From: a virus
DNA: 64,000 nt
Direction: 5' to 3' (one strand)
IMG/VR virus record: IMGVR_UViG_3300045988_129435
Part shown: positions 1-7,152 of the stretch, one piece after another
Position numbering within the stretch: the stretch's first letter is position 1
How the letters are laid out: each line of letters starts with the position of its first letter
Translations under genes and position numbers: made by a program
The notes under the pieces: model-generated
Told to the model about the DNA's origin: nothing
Seen by the model: only the letters and a program-made list of their open reading frames with translations
Databases searched by the model: none

Positions 1-41
1 ACTATAAAACAGATATATTTAACTTATTTTAAACATGGAAA

Positions 42-251
42 ATAGATTAAAATATTCGTAACGCGTAGGTCGCCAGTTCAAGTCTGGCTAGCGGCTCTTG
101 AACGGGAACCTGTTAATCATCTTGTATTTAAGGACTTAGGTTCCCGTTTTCATTTACGATATCTTCAATTTATAGATTAAAAAAAAGGGAAAATTGTCCA
201 GTGGTGGACAAAAAAACTTATCCAAAACTTATCCTTTAAATTTTAATCTAT
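42..251. repeat. Three copies of the 11-mer ATAGATTAAAA (42-52 and 172-182 direct, 241-251 inverted) flanking the tRNA-like core; candidate integrase arm-type sites
   Basis: Exact 11-mers read directly. The same stretch holds palindrome TTGTCCA-GTGG-TGGACAA (194-211) and tandem AAACTTATCC x2 (214-223, 225-234). The inverted copy abuts the int ATG at 253. Confidence 0.5.
55..96 (+). other. 3' 42 nt of a tRNA-Thr(CGU)-like gene; candidate att core
   Basis: Anticodon loop TTCGTAA, stem half CGCGT, variable AGGTC, T-arm GCCAG-TTCAAGT-CTGGC, acceptor 3' strand TAGCGGC plus discriminator T. The expected 5' partners (ACGCG, GCCGCTA) are absent from 1-54. Confidence 0.6.
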
Positions 252-252
252 T

Positions 253-1503
253 ATGGCAACTATTAAACTTACAATCTTCAAAGCAAAAGTTTTAAAGGAC
301 GGAAGGCATAAGATAAGAATAGCCGTATGTCATAAGAAGGAAACATGTTATATTGTAACACGTTTTATAATCGACAACCTTTCACAATTTAAGGATGGAC
401 AGGTTACAAAACGTCCGGATGCTTCAATTATAAATTCCAAACTAAGAAACATGATGAATGATATGCAGAATAAACTTGATGAAATAAAACATCAGTCTCT
501 TTATTCTTGCAAACAAATCAAAGACATGCTTGTTTCTGACTTAGAAACAAAGGGCAAACAAAACATCACATATCAAAAAGCGTGTTCCATATTTATAAAT
601 GAGTTAAATTCTGAAGGTAGGGAAAGTTATGCAGTATTAATTGAAAGAAGCTGCAGGTACTTCACAGAATTTACAAGAGGAGAAATACCCATGTCAGATA
701 TAACACCCAATATTATTGACGGATTCTCAAGATATCTAAAAACGAAAAAAAATATAGGGAACACAACAATAGGAATGATGATGTCTCAAATAAAAGCGGT
801 GATCAATAGAAATATAAACTCCGGTTCTGTGAGATACGAAATACATCCGTTTGCTTATAAAAAAATCCCTAAATCTCCAATTAAAGAAGTAGATATATCC
901 TTAGAAAGTCTTAATATGATAAGAAATAGTAATCCCAAAGAAAAAAAGTATATTGTGGCAAGGGATGTTTTTATGCTTTCTTTTTATCTCGGTGGAATGA
1001 ACTTAATAGATTTGATGAATACTCGTTTTACTAGCGATAAAGTAGATTATGTAAGAATTAAAACGAAACTTAAAACTGAAACAGAACAACATTGCCTGCT
1101 TCCTATTACTGATCCAGCAAAAGAAATAATAGACAAATGGATAAACAACAAAACAAAGAAATTGGACTTTGGATATAAGTTTTCTTATCATAATTTCTCA
1201 AGATACATATGCAGGTCTCTTTCAGAACTTGCAAAGGAGCTAGGAATAAAGGAAAAAGTTGTATTTTATTCTGCTAGAAAGTCGTTTGCACAATATGCAT
1301 TTGACTTAGGAATACCAGATAACGTGATAGACTACTGCCTTGCTCATTCGGACAAAGGTAGAGGAATTGTCAGGTACTATGCTAAAACGAGATTTAAGCA
1401 AGCAGAAATAGCTATTAAAAGAGTCACTGACTATATCAATAATCCAAGCAAATATCAAGAGTATATCGAGATGAAAGCGGATATAATGTTGATGAAAACA
1501 TAA
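253..1503 (+). CDS. int: Tyrosine recombinase / phage integrase (Bacteroidetes type with N-terminal arm-binding domain)
   Basis: 416 aa. C-terminal ARKSFAQ...LAHSD...RYY fits an R..HxxR..Y catalytic region. The N-terminus MATIKLTIFKAKVLKDGRHKIRI is typical of Bacteroidetes integrase arm domains. The gene sits beside the tRNA-like core. Confidence 0.93.
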   Translation: MATIKLTIFKAKVLKDGRHKIRIAVCHKKETCYIVTRFIIDNLSQFKDGQVTKRPDASIINSKLRNMMNDMQNKLDEIKHQSLYSCKQIKDMLVSDLETKGKQNITYQKACSIFINELNSEGRESYAVLIERSCRYFTEFTRGEIPMSDITPNIIDGFSRYLKTKKNIGNTTIGMMMSQIKAVINRNINSGSVRYEIHPFAYKKIPKSPIKEVDISLESLNMIRNSNPKEKKYIVARDVFMLSFYLGGMNLIDLMNTRFTSDKVDYVRIKTKLKTETEQHCLLPITDPAKEIIDKWINNKTKKLDFGYKFSYHNFSRYICRSLSELAKELGIKEKVVFYSARKSFAQYAFDLGIPDNVIDYCLAHSDKGRGIVRYYAKTRFKQAEIAIKRVTDYINNPSKYQEYIEMKADIMLMKT

Positions 1504-1530
1504 AGGCAGCCTAATAAGCTGCCTTTTTTA
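1503..1530 (+). terminator. Rho-independent terminator after int
   Basis: Stem AGGCAGC (1504-1510) / GCTGCCT (1518-1524), loop CTAATAA, then a T-run at 1525-1529. Confidence 0.8.
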
Positions 1531-1616
1531 CACAAAAACTGGATAGATCAAAAGAGGATGTATCCTCTGCTTTTGGTAATCTCATTGTTGACACTGCAAA
1601 TATACAAAAATGTGCA

Positions 1617-1862
1617 TTATATTTCTTCCAATTTTGCTCTAAACTTCTGGAACATATCAATGGTCGGGTAAAAGGTTGGATTCTCCCAGTTTTTCCCTAT
1701 CATCTGGATCATTGCCTCTATATGACTTTTGCAGTCTATTACTTTGATGCATTTGTCCAGGACCAACTCTCCTTCCGGGTAGGTCTTGTTATTTAATGTA
1801 TTCTGCGCCCATGAGAGCAGCTCTCTGATTGATTCTTGGTCGTATTTATTATCTTCTGCCAT
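1617..1862 (-). CDS. Hypothetical protein, last gene of the 5-gene accessory operon
   Basis: 81-aa ORF starting 1 nt after the stop of the HTH gene. No motif recognised. Confidence 0.6.
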   Translation of the reverse strand: MAEDNKYDQESIRELLSWAQNTLNNKTYPEGELVLDKCIKVIDCKSHIEAMIQMIGKNWENPTFYPTIDMFQKFRAKLEEI

Positions 1863-1863
1863 C

Positions 1864-2049
1864 TTATTGAGTTATTACTAGCTTTATATTCAAAAAGTCC
1901 AAGATCTTTTCAATCTTTTCTTGTCCTAAATTCGTTTTTCCGTTAAGAAACAAGGACATGGTACTCTTTGTTACTTCTACATGCTCCGCAAGATCCTTTG
2001 ATTTGACATTGCGGAGTTTCATTGCTTCTTTGACCGATTCTCGTATCAT
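1864..2049 (-). CDS. Small XRE/Cro-type helix-turn-helix DNA-binding protein
   Basis: 61 aa. SKDLAEHVEVTKSTMSLFLNGKTNL fits the HTH_3 pattern. It overlaps the upstream ORF by 4 nt. Confidence 0.8.
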   Translation of the reverse strand: MIRESVKEAMKLRNVKSKDLAEHVEVTKSTMSLFLNGKTNLGQEKIEKILDFLNIKLVITQ

Positions 2050-2324
2050 GCAATTTCGTTAATAGAATATACTGATTTATCTAAACGTAATTCCCTTGTA
2101 ATTATCTCTTTCCATTTAGGATCAGGAGAATGAAACACGATAATGGCACAATCATGAACACCGATAGATTGCTTATATTTTACCGTAAACTCACCGTCGA
2201 ATTTTTCCCAATCTTCAGGTGCTTCATTCCAAAATATTTTTTTGCATTGATTCAACGCTCTTTCTCTACCATTAGCAACATTGGTATCTGCATTCTTGTA
2301 AATAATTTCAATTTTAGAATCCAT
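2046..2324 (-). CDS. Hypothetical protein translationally coupled to the HTH gene (possible toxin or anti-defence partner)
   Basis: 92-aa ORF with a 4-nt overlap onto the downstream HTH gene. No confident motif. Confidence 0.55.
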   Translation of the reverse strand: MDSKIEIIYKNADTNVANGRERALNQCKKIFWNEAPEDWEKFDGEFTVKYKQSIGVHDCAIIVFHSPDPKWKEIITRELRLDKSVYSINEIA

Positions 2325-2338
2325 AATTATACTTTTCG

Positions 2339-2578
2339 TTATTTATTTAAATTATATTCATCCGCTATACTCCATTCAAACGACGGATATAGCGCCTTAT
2401 TTTCCTTTATTGTTACGTGTGCTGGGCAACCTTGTGCAGCTAAAATTGACAGATGCTTAAGCTCGCTCATATCATCAGATGTTAACGTAATTGTACTACC
2501 TACACCTTCTAAAGGTTTGTCAAAACAAATTTGTGATGAAAACTTATGCTTAGGGCTTCTTAAACTGTTATTATTCAT
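2339..2578 (-). CDS. Hypothetical protein
   Basis: 79-aa ORF in the same operon. Confidence 0.5.
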   Translation of the reverse strand: MNNNSLRSPKHKFSSQICFDKPLEGVGSTITLTSDDMSELKHLSILAAQGCPAHVTIKENKALYPSFEWSIADEYNLNK

Positions 2579-2609
2579 ATCCTTATAGATTTATTGATGA
2601 TTATTTTTA

Positions 2610-2888
2610 TTATTTGTAATATGCAATGTATAATGGCTCCTCGTTAGTATTCCAAACTTTGTAAATCGCACATCCATTCTCTTTTTCTTCAGAGAGCTCT
2701 TCACATCCATAACCTTCTTCTTCCAAATCTTCTACTTCCGCAATCTCTTTGCCATCCTTATTTACAACGCTTGCTATCCACTCCCTTACCTCGACGTCGT
2801 TAGCGTACATTATACCAGCTCCGTAAACAAAAGCAAAGTCATTACTCATTACAAAATCTACTAGATCATTGCAGTTAATTGTTTTCAT
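2610..2888 (-). CDS. Hypothetical acidic protein, first gene of the accessory operon
   Basis: 92-aa ORF with acidic tract EVEDLEEEGYGCEELSEEKE. A promoter box lies just upstream. Confidence 0.55.
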   Translation of the reverse strand: MKTINCNDLVDFVMSNDFAFVYGAGIMYANDVEVREWIASVVNKDGKEIAEVEDLEEEGYGCEELSEEKENGCAIYKVWNTNEEPLYIAYYK

Positions 2889-2936
2889 ATCTTTATTTTT
2901 TTAGTTGTTATTACTTTGTTTCTTATTTTGATGTTA

Positions 2937-2944
2937 CAAAGATA
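2937..2944 (-). promoter_or_regulatory. Bacteroides-type -7 box (TAtcTTTG on minus strand) for the accessory operon
   Basis: Plus-strand caaagata. Direct repeats TATCAAACTTT (2961-2971, 2994-3004) and an inverted AAAGTTT (2981-2987) lie upstream of it. Confidence 0.55.
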
Positions 2945-3015
2945 CAAATAGTTTTTGTAATATCAAACTTTTAAGGCTAGAAAGTTTCGGTCATATCAAA
3001 CTTTAACATTTGGGC

Positions 3016-3047
3016 ATAAAAAAGCCCGGCATGTTGTATACCGGGCA
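3016..3047 (-). terminator. Rho-independent terminator of the 4577-to-3075 operon
   Basis: Stem GCCCGG (3024-3029) / CCGGGC (3041-3046). The plus-strand A-run at 3018-3023 becomes a U-run after the stem on the minus strand. Confidence 0.7.
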
Positions 3048-3074
3048 ATTCCATTATAAATACCATACTAAGGA

Positions 3075-3293
3075 TTATTGATCTTCATTTATCTTTTCGT
3101 CCAGCTTCTGGTGTTGTTCTTCTTTTGCTATAGCTATTTGGCGGCTAATCTCATCTAAAATAGATTCAGTAACCCGATCAACCATTGAATCTAATTCGTA
3201 ATTAGAGATATTGCACAAATTGTCATCATCAAGTTCTGAAATATTAAATATTTGCTTGCTTGAAATTCCTCTTTTATAATACATTGTTTCCAT
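3075..3293 (-). CDS. Hypothetical acidic protein
   Basis: 72-aa ORF directly downstream of the split Ntn-hydrolase-like gene. Confidence 0.5.
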   Translation of the reverse strand: METMYYKRGISSKQIFNISELDDDNLCNISNYELDSMVDRVTESILDEISRQIAIAKEEQHQKLDEKINEDQ

Positions 3294-3296
3294 ACG

Positions 3297-4577
3297 TCAT
3301 TTTATATAATAGTTTGAGAAAAAATGATGATTCAAATCTGGTTGAAAATAATGTTTTCTTTTAATCCAAACAAAACCGTCACTCTTTGATATTATCGCGA
3401 CATCAACAGGTCCTCCTACGGTTTCCTCAGAAGACATCATCCGTCTTTTTAAGAAAGTTAGGGAAATAAGACTTTCTGCCATTTCTGCCATATCTTCCTT
3501 CTCTAAGTAGGCTACAGTATCAACAAGTGGGGAAATATATTGTTTACCAATTATATTATTTATAGCTTCATCAAATACTTTTCTTATTCCTGAAATATCC
3601 AGCTTTTCTATGGCTGTAGATAATATTGAATCTCCATTATTTGCTTTTATCGTATTAGAGACTAGCGTTGAATATGCGTTTAACGATTAAAAAAACAGGT
3701 CACTTACAAAGTGCTTAACACTGGGATCGATACCTGTCAAAATGGTCTCCATAACATCAGTTTGAGCAAAAGGGCAAATCGCAGCCATATTATTTTCTGA
3801 TATAACTGCTTCTGACTGTTTGTCATAAGAGTATTTCAAAAAACCATCAAAAGCTGTTGAAACATTGATAGATTTTAATGATGGGAAAATATCAAATTTA
3901 CCATAACCAACAAATACCAATCCTGTATATCCTAACAGATTGAAACTAGACTTCAAAAATGAAAAAGCTGTTTGTTTTGCATGCTCGTATAATTCCGGAG
4001 AAGCTCCTGTATGATTTACGATATAATTATATAATTCATCAAGTATATCTATAGAGTACTTTTCAAATTTTTCAAAGGTGTATGATTTTAACCCTTCACA
4101 AGGTTCTGATTTATCCAATTTTTCTTTTAAAGAAGATAATTCGTCTTTAATCGTTTTAAAAAGATAAGGCTTATTAGAGTCTGTGACTTCCCCACCAATT
4201 ATAGCTATCGCCTTTCTTTCTATATCTTGATAAAGCCTAAAAATATGCATACGAAGGACTTTTCTTTGGAAACCTTCACTACAGAAGAAAGAATTATCAG
4301 ATAAAAATTTAATGAAATCCGAAATGTAATCCGAAACAGAATTAAAATCCTTTTCTTTTAAATTGTCCCTATATAGTTTGACAATCACATCCCAAGGAGT
4401 CCCTAAAAAAGACGAAGAACTATATATCATTACCGCTATGGGATGATATTTGGATATTGTTATTATTTTATTGGCTTGATTTAGTACTTTACGTCCTAAT
4501 GTTCCATTTATTGTTGCTGCGCTATCCGCAGCTACAGCAACTGCATGTTTATTTAAAACTCCAACTATCGCTGTCAT
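3297..4577 (-). pseudogene. Proteasome-beta/HslV-like Ntn-hydrolase homologue, about 425 codons, interrupted by one in-frame TAA (3687-3689)
   Basis: N-terminus MTAIVGVLNKHAVAVAADSAAT parallels HslV [22 protein letters not shown]. The C-terminal piece carries GGPVDVAIISKSDGFVWI, like the proteasome-beta SGG.v.v..I..dG motif. My hand translation of 3686 down to 3492 shows the same frame with no further stop. Confidence 0.5.
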
Positions 4578-4598
4578 ATATTATAAAATTGGTGTACA

Positions 4599-4606
4599 CA
4601 AAGATA
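4599..4606 (-). promoter_or_regulatory. Bacteroides-type -7 box (TAtcTTTG) upstream of the Ntn-hydrolase-like gene
   Basis: Plus-strand caaagata about 20 nt upstream of the ATG at 4577. Confidence 0.55.
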
Positions 4607-4856
4607 TATAATCTTTTTATTTCAAACAAATATAATTCAAAATCTAATATATTTTATATACATAACAATATAACCCTCGCAATAATCACAAAGGGAATCA
4701 GCCAATACAACCACCTTTCTAGGCGTTCCATAGCATCACAAGCAGGAGCCGGCAGAAATCCGAGTGATACCGGTCGTCGGCCTGTGAAATCAAATCATCT
4801 ATGTAGTCTTTTTCTCTCATTTTCGCCTGTTACATATATTTCTAACAAAATGCCCC

Positions 4857-5282
4857 TTAATATCTTCGACATAAGTTTTTCCTGCAATGTTCACACAAGA
4901 AGTTCTTCGCTATTGGGAACATCTTCTGACCTACCTCGCCGGAAAGATATTGGGCTTCCTCCCCATAGGGATCAATATTGAACACCTGTGAGATATGCCG
5001 GCACAAGTGCCCTTTTTCGTGGTCCCATGAGTTTTGGAACTCTCCCGGGGAAGAAGTGAGAGCAATTACCATAACAGTCTCACGGTCCTCAAAGTCCGAA
5101 TAAGTAAGACCGGTATTGAGAGCCCCGGAAGAGAGGTTTCTGTACGCTTGTTTGAAATCCTCCCCTCTACAACCGATACGGTGAAGTTCGCACAGAATCT
5201 CACTGGTCCAGTAAGTCGTTACGGCATAATACACCCTAACTCTCCAATCATATTTCGGTATGTAGAAATCCTGAACTATCAT
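4857..5282 (-). CDS. Hypothetical protein with an HExxH motif (putative zinc metallopeptidase)
   Basis: 141 aa with WDHEKGHLCRH. The family was not recognised. Confidence 0.5.
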   Translation of the reverse strand: MIVQDFYIPKYDWRVRVYYAVTTYWTSEILCELHRIGCRGEDFKQAYRNLSSGALNTGLTYSDFEDRETVMVIALTSSPGEFQNSWDHEKGHLCRHISQVFNIDPYGEEAQYLSGEVGQKMFPIAKNFLCEHCRKNLCRRY

Positions 5283-5284
5283 AA

Positions 5285-5764
5285 TCAGAGCATATCATCC
5301 CATATTATAGGTGTGCCGCTTCCGATGCAATCTGCATAGAAACGGGTAAAAGGAAGTCCGTCATATCCGTCTGGATCATCTATATAATCCTTCACAAATA
5401 ACGCCAGATGGGCTTCATCCATGATGGAACTCTTATAATAATCAGCTTTCGCCATATTGGCTACATATACGCAATCGTACCCGGCGTCTTTCTCCAGTTT
5501 AATTCCGTATTTCTTCAGAAGCTCCTCCACCTCTTCCTTTTTGATCGGAACGAGCTTTTCCTCCTGCTTGGTAGTCTTGTTCTCAACCTCCATTTTAGAA
5601 ACAGCCCATTCACACATCTTCTTAGAGAAGTGCCAACCGTATAATGACAGATAATTTTTCATTGCCGGCGGCATCTTGTCATACGTATCTAGTCTTTGTC
5701 CCATAATTAATTGCTTTTTAGAATAAGAGGGGATTTCTCCCCTCATACGATTAATAGAACTCAC
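5285..5764 (-). CDS. Hypothetical protein
   Basis: 159-aa ORF tightly packed with its neighbours. Confidence 0.55.
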   Translation of the reverse strand: MSSINRMRGEIPSYSKKQLIMGQRLDTYDKMPPAMKNYLSLYGWHFSKKMCEWAVSKMEVENKTTKQEEKLVPIKKEEVEELLKKYGIKLEKDAGYDCVYVANMAKADYYKSSIMDEAHLALFVKDYIDDPDGYDGLPFTRFYADCIGSGTPIIWDDML

Positions 5765-6068
5765 CGTTTGAGCGTCTGCGTCTGCGCTCTCCCATATCTC
5801 CGTACATAGGGGATTCAGGGAAATAGCCAGGCATACGACGTTCGTTCATGCCGTCACCGTCATAACGTCCATTATCACGGAATCCCATTCCACCGCCACG
5901 CATTTCACTCATAGCCTTTTCATAACCATGACGGCAGCCTTCACGATAGGCTTCTTCAACCTCGTTTCTTCCTCTCATTCCGAAGTCACGATCATATCCA
6001 TCATGCTCTTCTCTAATTGTCCACATTCCCATATTATTTACTGTTTTTAGATGTCTCCTTCGTTCCAA
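5751..6068 (-). CDS. Hypothetical low-complexity G/R/M/D-rich protein
   Basis: 105-aa ORF. The true start may be the internal MGMWTIREE. Confidence 0.45.
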   Translation of the reverse strand: MERRRHLKTVNNMGMWTIREEHDGYDRDFGMRGRNEVEEAYREGCRHGYEKAMSEMRGGGMGFRDNGRYDGDGMNERRMPGYFPESPMYGDMGERRRRRSNGEFY

Positions 6069-6236
6069 GTTTATGATAACCGGCCTTCTACTTTACCGGA
6101 TAACTTAGTGCTTAATAATCAATTAATGTCTCATTTTGTCCTCCTTTCTTAATAAACCTTTTTCCAATGGAAATTGTTATATAAATACAACTTAAACTTT
6201 TCATACCGGAAACGGTCTGTGAAGATAGTGCCGGTA

Positions 6237-6701
6237 TTACCACATAAATAAATTATAACTTACTCCACCACCGACATACAATCCACCGGGATAGCCGTAT
6301 CCAAATTGCAGGCCAAGGCCCCAGCGTTTTTGCTTCGGTTTAAGAGTGATGATTTCCTTTTCTCCGTAGACTTCCATAAAGTCAAGGCTGGGCTTATAAC
6401 CGCTAACTATTGCACGGTAATTATCAGTCTTATACTCCTTGATTGTAATCGGTATAATCACCGGAACCGAGTCGCCTTCTACGGTTCTGTCGGTAGTGGT
6501 ATCTACTATTATCGGTAAATACACCGTATCGGTACGCTTTAAGGTCTCCTTTACCGGCATAAGCACGATGTCAACTATAGTGTCCCTTACTCTTATCGTA
6601 TCTCCCTTTACATAGACAGTCGAAGGATCGTGCGGATTACAACGCATCCACACGACCACGCATACAAGCAGGCAGACTAATATCCAAGGGAGAGATTTCA
6701 T
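6237..6701 (-). CDS. Membrane-anchored or secreted hypothetical protein
   Basis: 154 aa with hydrophobic N-terminus MKSLPWILVCLLVCVVVW. A 4-nt overlap joins it to the upstream ORF. Confidence 0.55.
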   Translation of the reverse strand: MKSLPWILVCLLVCVVVWMRCNPHDPSTVYVKGDTIRVRDTIVDIVLMPVKETLKRTDTVYLPIIVDTTTDRTVEGDSVPVIIPITIKEYKTDNYRAIVSGYKPSLDFMEVYGEKEIITLKPKQKRWGLGLQFGYGYPGGLYVGGGVSYNLFMW

Positions 6702-7003
6702 ATGATACTTTCACTTGATGACCACTCCGGACCGGACAATAAAGAATTCAGCTCTTCGCCTTCGTAGGTAGAATAAGGATAAATCGGATTTTCCGTTTTT
6801 TCTTCTTCATCCAATAATGGCAAGGTCATAATAGACGGGAAAAGAGCTTCGTAATGAACAATTTTCATGATTACCTGAGTACCGTCAACGCTCTTTCGTG
6901 GGGTCAGGTGCAGTTCGTCGAGTACCTCCTGCGGTATCTGGTTCAAATTAATTGATGGGAATTTAATGTATTTCATAAGATTTATTATTTGAATATTAGG
7001 CAT
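6698..7003 (-). CDS. Hypothetical protein
   Basis: 101-aa ORF coupled to 6237-6701. Confidence 0.5.
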   Translation of the reverse strand: MPNIQIINLMKYIKFPSINLNQIPQEVLDELHLTPRKSVDGTQVIMKIVHYEALFPSIMTLPLLDEEEKTENPIYPYSTYEGEELNSLLSGPEWSSSESII

Positions 7004-7152
7004 TTACAATACCACTTGAATACTTATTCGTTATTAAATATATATGTACCATACTCGGTATGTTAACCCCCTTGGCTGAAATATTTATTTTATAAGTCTT
7101 TGACTGAAGTTTACCTCTATCTATAAACTTATCACAAATTTCACCATAGAGT

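Noticed and set aside
100-149. 10-bp inverted repeat AACGGGAACC / GGTTCCCGTT after the tRNA-like core, considered as a tRNA terminator
   Set aside because: The 28-nt loop is long for an intrinsic terminator, and there is no complete tRNA gene to terminate. It may be part of the att arm, so no separate function is claimed.
3687-3689. Considered genome-wide stop-codon reassignment, as in some gut phages, to explain the in-frame TAA
   Set aside because: All other large genes, including the tape measure and fibre genes of 1349-1359 aa and the terminase, portal and methyltransferase genes, are uninterrupted under the standard code. None of the tRNA-like elements shows a convincing UUA anticodon loop.
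6214-6228. A 15-nt sequence, GGTCTGTGAAGATAG, whose reverse complement recurs at 29980-29994
   Set aside because: A single 15-mer match between two sites in a 64-kb window, counting both orientations, is roughly what chance predicts. There is no flanking similarity.
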